The notes beneath the pieces are model-generated. The model worked only from the letters and a program-made list of their open reading frames with translations, was not told where the DNA came from and made no database searches. A program made the position numbers and the translations under genes. DNA of 42,078 nucleotides from an uncultured Mucilaginibacter sp. (GTDB lineage Bacteria > Bacteroidota > Bacteroidia > Sphingobacteriales > Sphingobacteriaceae), in the NCBI GenBank assembly GCA_964241945.1, contig CAXTCH010000001.1, forward strand, positions 1 through 42,078, written 5' to 3'. Each line of letters opens with the position of its first letter. Position 1 is the first letter of the stretch. Shown here piece by piece: positions 35,307-42,078 of the stretch.

Positions 35307-37463
35307 ATGGAAATTTGGGGCGGTTTAGAATGCACCATTAACCGGGTAAAAAACGAATATTTTGATCAGCTAACTTATTCAGGGCATTACATTAGGGATA
35401 ATGATATAAAGGAAATCGCAAACCTGGGTATCCAAAAGCTGAGGTATCCTGTATTGTGGGAAAAACATCAACCCACTTTAGATACAGTGATAGACTGGAG
35501 CCTTTCCGAAAAACGTTTCAATGAAATGCAAAAGCTGGGCATTGAGCCTATTGCTGGCCTGGTGCATCATGGCAGTGGTCCGGCTTTTGTAACCTTAATG
35601 GATGATACTTTCGCCGAAGGTTTAGCTGATTACGCCGATAAGGTAGCCCGCAAGTTTCCATGGCTTACTTATTATACACCTATTAATGAACCGTTAACTA
35701 CCGCACGTTTTTGCGGTTTGTATGGCGTATGGTTTCCGCATGGGCATGATGACTACACATTTCACAAAGTTTTAATCAGTGAGTGTAAGGCTACTGTGTT
35801 GGCTATGCAGGCAATACGAAAAGTAAACCCGGAGGCCAAATTGGTGCAGACGGAGGATTTGGGTAAAGTGCATAGTACGCCATTGCTGGAATACCAGGCA
35901 GAATTTGAAAACCGCCGCCGTTGGCTCGGATTCGATTTATTATGTGGCAGAGTTAAACCTGGCCATTTCTTTTGGGATTACATTCTTAACTCAGGTATTC
36001 AGCAACAGGAGTTGAATTTCTTTTTAGAAAATCCTTGTCCGCCCGATATTATGGGGCTGAATCACTACATCACTTCTGAACGCTATTTAGACGAAAATAT
36101 TGAGCACTATCCCCCGCATGTTCAGGGCAGCAACGGCAGACATACCTATGCTGATGTGGAAACAGTGCGGGTAGACAAAACCAAGCCTGACGGTCCATAT
36201 ACTTTGGTGATGGATGCCTGGAAAGATTATCAACTGCCCATCGCAATTACCGAAGTGCACTTGCACTGTACGCGTGAAGAACAATTGCGCTGGTTTAAAT
36301 ACGTATGGGAGGATGCACTTCGATTAGAAAAAGATGGGGTTGATATAAGAGGTATCACTTCCTGGGCTCTATTAGGATCTTTTGGCTGGAACAAATTGCT
36401 TACGCACCCTTTCGGCACCTATGAAGCAGGTGCTTTTGATGTACTTTCAGGTGAACCGCGCTCAACAGCTATTTGTAAAATGGTGGCAGCTTTTGCTCAG
36501 GGCAAGGAATTTAAGCATCCCGTATTGTGCGAGGAAGGATGGTGGAACCGCGATAGCAGGGTGATTTACCGTTTTAATAAACTGGTTACTCATAGTGCAA
36601 ATCAACATGACGATTGCCAGCCGTTGCTGATCACCGGTAAAACAGGCACTTTAGGCAAGGCGTTTGCACGCATCTGCGAAGAACGGCATTTAAAGTATAA
36701 ATTGTTAAGTCGTGATGAGCTGGATATCACTGATCCTGTTCAAATACAGCAGGTGATACATCAATTCAAACCTTGGGCTATTATTAATACAGCCGGTTTT
36801 GTAAGGGTCGATGATGCAGAGGTTCAGAAAGAGGCCTGCTTCCTGAGTAACACACAAGGCCCTGAAAACTTAGCAATGGCGTGTGAGCAGCACGGTATAA
36901 AACTGATGACGTTTTCAACCGACTTTGTGTTCGACGGAGTAAAAAATGCTACCTATGAAGAAAACGATGCGATCAATCCGCTGAATGTTTACGGAGAAAG
37001 TAAGGCACAGGCTGAAAAGCAGGTAATGCGAGCGAATACTAACGCTTTGGTAATTCGCACCAGCGCTTTCTTTGGCCCATGGGATACCTATAATTTTGTA
37101 CATGGTACTTTGCAGAACTTACAGAGCAAGCGGCCTGTACAAACATTAAGCGACGTGTTTATTTCGCCAACTTATGTACCCGACCTGGTAAATACCAGTT
37201 TGGATTTATTAATAGATGATGAACGCGGAATATGGCATTTAACCAATAAAGGCACCGTAAGCTGGTTTGAACTGGCTTTGGAAATTGCCCAACATAAGCG
37301 GTTAGATACGAAATTGATTGAATCAGTAACTTTACAGGACTTAGCTTTGAAGGCCAAAAGGCCAAAATTCAGTTCAATGAAGAGTAAACATGGCTATATT
37401 ATGCCGTCTCTAGATAATGCTATTGGCAGGTTTTTCGACCAGCAGGAAACGTTGCGCTTTTAA
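35307..37463 (+). CDS. GH1-like / RmlD-like fusion (mirror copy)
   Basis: Identical to 4616-6772. Confidence 0.86.
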   Translation: MEIWGGLECTINRVKNEYFDQLTYSGHYIRDNDIKEIANLGIQKLRYPVLWEKHQPTLDTVIDWSLSEKRFNEMQKLGIEPIAGLVHHGSGPAFVTLMDDTFAEGLADYADKVARKFPWLTYYTPINEPLTTARFCGLYGVWFPHGHDDYTFHKVLISECKATVLAMQAIRKVNPEAKLVQTEDLGKVHSTPLLEYQAEFENRRRWLGFDLLCGRVKPGHFFWDYILNSGIQQQELNFFLENPCPPDIMGLNHYITSERYLDENIEHYPPHVQGSNGRHTYADVETVRVDKTKPDGPYTLVMDAWKDYQLPIAITEVHLHCTREEQLRWFKYVWEDALRLEKDGVDIRGITSWALLGSFGWNKLLTHPFGTYEAGAFDVLSGEPRSTAICKMVAAFAQGKEFKHPVLCEEGWWNRDSRVIYRFNKLVTHSANQHDDCQPLLITGKTGTLGKAFARICEERHLKYKLLSRDELDITDPVQIQQVIHQFKPWAIINTAGFVRVDDAEVQKEACFLSNTQGPENLAMACEQHGIKLMTFSTDFVFDGVKNATYEENDAINPLNVYGESKAQAEKQVMRANTNALVIRTSAFFGPWDTYNFVHGTLQNLQSKRPVQTLSDVFISPTYVPDLVNTSLDLLIDDERGIWHLTNKGTVSWFELALEIAQHKRLDTKLIESVTLQDLALKAKRPKFSSMKSKHGYIMPSLDNAIGRFFDQQETLRF

Positions 37464-37467
37464 ACCA

Positions 37468-37498
37468 GAAAGCCCGGCATTTCAATGCCGGGCATTTC
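37468..37498. terminator. Bidirectional hairpin terminator (mirror copy)
   Basis: GCCCGGCATT-TC-AATGCCGGGC. Confidence 0.72.
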
Positions 37499-37530
37499 CG
37501 CTTAAACTAACAATAATCAACAAACTATTT

Positions 37531-39087
37531 TTAGGGCGTATCTGCACCATCAGATTTGGCACGATCCACCGCATACTGACCTACTTTTGCGCCGGTAGTT
37601 AACCCTACCATACAATCTGTACGGTAATGTAAACCGCCATACAAGCGCGACATGGCGGCCTGCATAGCCAGGTCGCTAAATTTTGTTCCTCTATCTGACA
37701 GTATATAAGTAAGTACAGTTGATGCGGCCGCACTGAAATTGGAGTGACCGGAGGTATACGAAGGGAAATTAGGTACACCGGTTAGCGTTTTAACATTATT
37801 ATCCATCTGCGATGGACGGGCGTTAAAATAATGATATTTAGTGTCCCAGCACACAATACCAGCATCCATCATGGCCATATTTATTAAGGCCAGGTTACGG
37901 GCCCAGCGCACTTCACTATAATTTTGTTTTACAAACTCATCGGCAGCTATTGCATTCCAGTGGCCGGGCGGCGTATAGGTGCCGGCGCCATCTGCCCAGA
38001 AAGATACCTGTGCATTTTGTTCGCGGGTAATATTTTTGGTTACATTAGCCACTTCTGCCAACTCCTGCTTAAATTGGTCGGATTTTACAGATGGCGGTGC
38101 AGGCGGACGCAGGGCAATTACCGTCAATGAATCAAACAAAAATGGTTTTACTTTGCTAAACAACGGCAGCATAGGAGGACGTCTGGGCAATTCTAAACTG
38201 ATCCAGGGTGTTTCGCCGGTGGCAGCGGTTTGAGTTTGCAATTGTGCCCACAGGGTAGGTGTACCCACAGCAGCGCCTGCACGGTCACCCTTAGCACGGA
38301 CAACAAATTTATCAGCTACTTGCTTGCCCAGCGCTTCCCCGGCATCCCAATCGCTGCGGACACTTGCACCGGCACAAAGACGATACATTTTTTCATCAGC
38401 TTCTTTTTCCTCAATGTAACTTATTTCTGCCGGAAACAGCAGTTTCATCAATTGTACCACGGTGCCTGCTACTACGGCATCTTCACTGGGGTAAGAAGGT
38501 AAATCGGTTTTGGGTATCAGTGCCTGCACACCTGTGTCATTTTTATAGGGTGCTGCCCGATTATACATTTTCTTGAAATGCCAGGCCGCTATCAATGCAT
38601 CATACTGGGCAGCGCTGATATAAGCATAAGAACGTGCGGCATATGGCGGATTGGAAAACGGGAATGTAGGATAAGCGAACGGATTTGCAGAGCTCGGAAT
38701 AGGATAGGTACCATCCGGATTTTGGTACGGAGGTAAATTATATTTAGCTACCAATTCACGCAATATCTCGTTCCAGCGCAGCACGGCTCCTGCGCTCCAG
38801 TACTTGATATTGGCCTGCTGTTCGCTGGTTAAGTTTTTTTGATAACCTTTAATCTCGTTAAGATCAGCAACGTAAGCAGGCGAATTTACGGCATCCGGTG
38901 TAGCTACGGTTAAGTCGCTGAACCCGGTAAGTAATATGGGCTTCCAGGTGTCAGCATTTAAATCTTCGTTTGACGGAGAAAGCGCAGCATAATTTGCAGT
39001 GCGGCTTATAACTTCCTTTTTACAGGCGGAACTGCACAACACGACCAGCAAGAGTATCAAATTTAAATAGTATATATATTTTTTCAT
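37531..39087 (-). CDS. Tandem-domain PAP2/VHPO-like lipoprotein (mirror copy)
   Basis: Identical to 2992-4548. Confidence 0.83.
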   Translation of the reverse strand: MKKYIYYLNLILLLVVLCSSACKKEVISRTANYAALSPSNEDLNADTWKPILLTGFSDLTVATPDAVNSPAYVADLNEIKGYQKNLTSEQQANIKYWSAGAVLRWNEILRELVAKYNLPPYQNPDGTYPIPSSANPFAYPTFPFSNPPYAARSYAYISAAQYDALIAAWHFKKMYNRAAPYKNDTGVQALIPKTDLPSYPSEDAVVAGTVVQLMKLLFPAEISYIEEKEADEKMYRLCAGASVRSDWDAGEALGKQVADKFVVRAKGDRAGAAVGTPTLWAQLQTQTAATGETPWISLELPRRPPMLPLFSKVKPFLFDSLTVIALRPPAPPSVKSDQFKQELAEVANVTKNITREQNAQVSFWADGAGTYTPPGHWNAIAADEFVKQNYSEVRWARNLALINMAMMDAGIVCWDTKYHYFNARPSQMDNNVKTLTGVPNFPSYTSGHSNFSAAASTVLTYILSDRGTKFSDLAMQAAMSRLYGGLHYRTDCMVGLTTGAKVGQYAVDRAKSDGADTP

Positions 39088-39105
39088 AACTAATTCGTAT
39101 TGAGA

Positions 39106-40041
39106 TTAATGTTTAGTAGGATGTAAGTTAAAAAGGTAATAAGCGCCGCCATGGAAGATGGTGCTTTGCCCTACGTTGCGGCCAGCAACCACATAATCGC
39201 TGCCGCCGGTAAGCTCTAAGCCATTGCCGAAAGAATATTTAAAATTCACACCCACGCTGGTAGCATCCATTCTATTGCTTGGAAAGGGCATGTCGTTCCG
39301 GCGAATGTCGAATCCACCCAAAGATGTCATTTTATCGACTACCGCCTCAGCAATTACTTTCGGACTACGGTAGCCGGCGCGGAAGTTAAATACTGTAGCA
39401 TTCGGCATCTGAACCTTATTGCTGTAAATCAGTTCGGTTGTATAGTAAGCGTTCCGGTCAATGGTAATATCACTTCGATAAGCATACTGACCTGAACCGG
39501 TAACAAAGAAGTGGTGATATTTATAATCCAGCAACAAACGGCCGGCCAGTTGCTTGCTGTGTATACCAATGGAGGTCGGCATAAAATCAGCCACATAATT
39601 ACTGAGCGGCAGTACGCCGGTACCAATGGCGTAAACCGAAAACTGGCCATTGCCGATACCCGTTCTTAACGGCATCCATTTGATAGTAGCAGACAAATCC
39701 TGAAAGCCATGCATGCCCGACAAAGTTCCGGCTGAGGCGTTGGTAGTCACATAAGGAACGCTTACTAATACGTTCAGGCGGTTGGTGATACCATAATTAG
39801 CCATAGCCACATACATATTGGTACTTACACGGCCAATGTTTAAGTTATTACGTTTTAATGTTCCTTCCCAGTAATTGGTCCAACTGCCGTAACTGTACAT
39901 TGCGCCGGCGCAGAAATAATTTTTAGGGATCATGATGGCATCTGCATCAGTTTGAGCCGATGCTTGGTGCTCAAAGCTTACAATTAGCAGTAATGCCGCA
40001 AGCCAGCGCGAATATTTTATCGGAAGTATAAGTTTAATCAT
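39106..40041 (-). CDS. Putative outer-membrane beta-barrel (mirror copy)
   Basis: Identical to 2038-2973. Confidence 0.58.
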   Translation of the reverse strand: MIKLILPIKYSRWLAALLLIVSFEHQASAQTDADAIMIPKNYFCAGAMYSYGSWTNYWEGTLKRNNLNIGRVSTNMYVAMANYGITNRLNVLVSVPYVTTNASAGTLSGMHGFQDLSATIKWMPLRTGIGNGQFSVYAIGTGVLPLSNYVADFMPTSIGIHSKQLAGRLLLDYKYHHFFVTGSGQYAYRSDITIDRNAYYTTELIYSNKVQMPNATVFNFRAGYRSPKVIAEAVVDKMTSLGGFDIRRNDMPFPSNRMDATSVGVNFKYSFGNGLELTGGSDYVVAGRNVGQSTIFHGGAYYLFNLHPTKH

Positions 40042-40066
40042 AATTAAATTAAGGTTAAAGGGTGTG

Positions 40067-41413
40067 TTATTCGTTGTATAACCTCAGTTTACTTAAAATA
40101 AAGTCCCCAATTTTTTTACCCTGAACCGCTCCCATCAGGCAGCTGTTTTTATTGTGGATGCCACCGTAAAACCGGCTTATAGCGGTTTCATCTGCTGCAT
40201 TCAGAAAAGAATCAAAATGGCGTTCCATACCGATGTACCGTCGCTCGGTAGTATCACGAAACGCCAAATGATTACCAAATACACGGGTAAGTACAGTAGC
40301 CGAAGCGCCGCTGATATCAGCGTGACCTGCCGGATATTCCGGAAAGGGTGGAGTTTGCAATAAAGGCGTCCAGTAATGGTCAATCATTTCATTAATTTCT
40401 GATACCGGGCGTATATAGCTGTATTCATATTTTGCTTCCCAACTGCAAATGAAGCTATCGTACAGGGCAATAGCAGTAAGCGCATAGGCTTGTGCCGTTT
40501 TCACGGCATCCGCATGCGTTTGCCGGCAGGCAATAGCTGTGATACCCATCCAATGACCGCCCGGGGTGATTTTCTTATTGGCATAAGTAATGTGCCCGTC
40601 GTGCTGTGTGGCAAATGGGTTATCGTCCCAAAAACGGGCTACAGTGGTTTGCTCAGTGGTCAAATGCTTATTGGTGTTATATACTTCTTTGGCCTGCCGA
40701 TAATATACGCTGGTGGTGTCGGTGCTGTAAGCCGGCGGATGAGGCAGCGGAAACTGTTTGGACGAATTGATAGCAAACGGCTCCATGGTACCCCAGCAAT
40801 ATTCCACACCATCAAAGTAATCGGGAGGCGTAGGGCGCCATTCTGCCTCGCCGTTGTGACCCAAGTATTTGGGTTTGCCACGGGTTTGCGGATAGTTATC
40901 TACGCTGGCGCGCTTCAAAATTAATTTGCCTATTTGCTCGCCGAAGGCTACAGAGCGGGCATAGGTAGAATCATCCAGCCGGTCTTTAAAATCAGTATAA
41001 ACGCCGTCTTCATATTTTTTAAGCGTATCTACTGAAAAAGTAACTTTATGCGCTACGGTAAACAAAGCTTTAGTAGCTGCAAGCACAAAATTATAGGATT
41101 TTCCTTTTTGCGGTACCGGCGGTACACCAAAGCCCTTTAGCTGTGTGATAAGCGAGTTGTACTTAGGGTTGGCATAACGCATAGCCTCATAAGCCGCCAG
41201 CGAAGTATAGCCATAGATGCGACTGGCCACCGGTGGGGTGAACACGTCGTAAATAATTACCTGAGTGAGCTTATCTTCATTCTGATGCAAAATTTCAGCA
41301 TCGCTTAAAGATGCCGCTTTGTGTTTTGCATGGCAGGCAGCTAATAAAAAACTGATAAACAGCAGCAGACAATATTTAAGTCGATTCATTACAAACGGTA
41401 AGTAACTTTTCAT
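40067..41413 (-). CDS. Vanadium-dependent haloperoxidase / PAP2 lipoprotein (mirror copy)
   Basis: Identical to 666-2012. Confidence 0.83.
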   Translation of the reverse strand: MKSYLPFVMNRLKYCLLLFISFLLAACHAKHKAASLSDAEILHQNEDKLTQVIIYDVFTPPVASRIYGYTSLAAYEAMRYANPKYNSLITQLKGFGVPPVPQKGKSYNFVLAATKALFTVAHKVTFSVDTLKKYEDGVYTDFKDRLDDSTYARSVAFGEQIGKLILKRASVDNYPQTRGKPKYLGHNGEAEWRPTPPDYFDGVEYCWGTMEPFAINSSKQFPLPHPPAYSTDTTSVYYRQAKEVYNTNKHLTTEQTTVARFWDDNPFATQHDGHITYANKKITPGGHWMGITAIACRQTHADAVKTAQAYALTAIALYDSFICSWEAKYEYSYIRPVSEINEMIDHYWTPLLQTPPFPEYPAGHADISGASATVLTRVFGNHLAFRDTTERRYIGMERHFDSFLNAADETAISRFYGGIHNKNSCLMGAVQGKKIGDFILSKLRLYNE

Positions 41414-42072
41414 TAATGGGTACGGAGAATCGGTTTGCGAAAGCCGGGTATCAGGGGAGATCGTGAGCGTTGTAAAACCCAGAGAGATAATAGCGTGCCA
41501 TAACTGCCGCCACGTTCTATAAATTCAAAAACTTCGTAATGAGGATAAAGCAGCTCGGTAGATATTTTCCAGACAAACAGCACAATAAGCAGGGGGCTCA
41601 ATGCATCAATCCAAACGGAAAATGCTGCCGCCAGTTCTGCTATACCAAATAAATGTGCTGTCTGTTCCGGATTGTTAAAGCCAAGCGAATGGTATTGAGT
41701 TAATAAAGATTTCTTCTCAATAAGATTTAACCAGCCGTGACCTAACAGCAGCAGGAATACCACAATCTTCAAACACAGTTTTACCTTGGCCCCGGTGTGA
41801 CCCTCTGCTTTAATGGGGTTATTGAGCGGAGCAAACCATCCTTTTAAGGTAGCACTGCCTCCGCATAATAAAAGCAAAGCCAGGGGCGCCCCAAAGTTTC
41901 CGGCGCGTTCTATCATTTCTGCAAAAGGCTCTCCCGACAAGGGGCGTAATGAGGCCGTAACTATACCCCAAACTATCAGCCACAAAGCAATAGCCCGGAT
42001 AGGGTAAAACAACATTAGCGAGCCCATAAGTATGTCAATGCTGCCAACAATGGGCATTAAGCGGTAAGCCAT
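41413..42072 (-). CDS. DoxX-like membrane protein, probably partial (mirror copy)
   Basis: Identical to 7-666. Confidence 0.68.
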   Translation of the reverse strand: MAYRLMPIVGSIDILMGSLMLFYPIRAIALWLIVWGIVTASLRPLSGEPFAEMIERAGNFGAPLALLLLCGGSATLKGWFAPLNNPIKAEGHTGAKVKLCLKIVVFLLLLGHGWLNLIEKKSLLTQYHSLGFNNPEQTAHLFGIAELAAAFSVWIDALSPLLIVLFVWKISTELLYPHYEVFEFIERGGSYGTLLSLWVLQRSRSPLIPGFRKPILRTH

Positions 42073-42078
42073 ATCATG

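Larger units (their letters stand above)
21040..42078. repeat. Right arm of whole-window inverted repeat (reverse complement of 1-21039)
   Basis: Mirror ORF track; spot-checked intergenic regions match; zero-spacer centre GCTTGCAGT|ACTGCAAGC. Confidence 0.99.

Noticed and set aside
1-42078. Composite transposon, invertible segment, phage or linear plasmid with long terminal inverted repeats
   Set aside because: No unique central region and no transposase, invertase, integrase, replication, capsid or terminal-protein genes; all content is chromosomal metabolism.

Overview
The window is one giant inverted repeat. Position i is the complement of position 42079-i, so there are two 21,039-bp arms with no spacer, folding at 21039/21040 (AGT|ACT) inside a terminator-like hairpin just after a DUF47 gene. 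Unique content is therefore about 21 kb. It looks like Bacteroidota chromosomal DNA, probably Sphingobacteriaceae/Mucilaginibacter-like (inference from gene content, signal peptides and terminator style). Each arm carries four things. (1) A four-gene operon: DoxX-like membrane protein, vanadium-haloperoxidase/PAP2 lipoprotein, outer-membrane barrel, and a tandem-domain PAP2 lipoprotein whose first domain has lost its catalytic residues. (2) A stand-alone GH1-RmlD fusion. (3) A 12-gene 3-ketoglycoside (oxidation-elimination) catabolic locus: two GMC flavoproteins, two Tat partner subunits, cytochrome c, two Gfo/Idh/MocA oxidoreductases, three TIM-barrel enzymes, DUF1080 and a nucleoside-permease-type MFS. 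(4) An orphan DUF47/PhoU-like gene. The only break in symmetry I found is a 115-bp tract inside one Gfo/Idh/MocA gene (15306-15420 vs 26659-26773) with 13 mostly synonymous substitutions. The palindrome is most likely an assembly or library fold-back artefact at a self-complementary terminator. A real hairpin end or inverted duplication cannot be excluded from sequence alone. I did not compare every base of the two arms; identity elsewhere rests on mirror-identical ORF translations plus spot checks.
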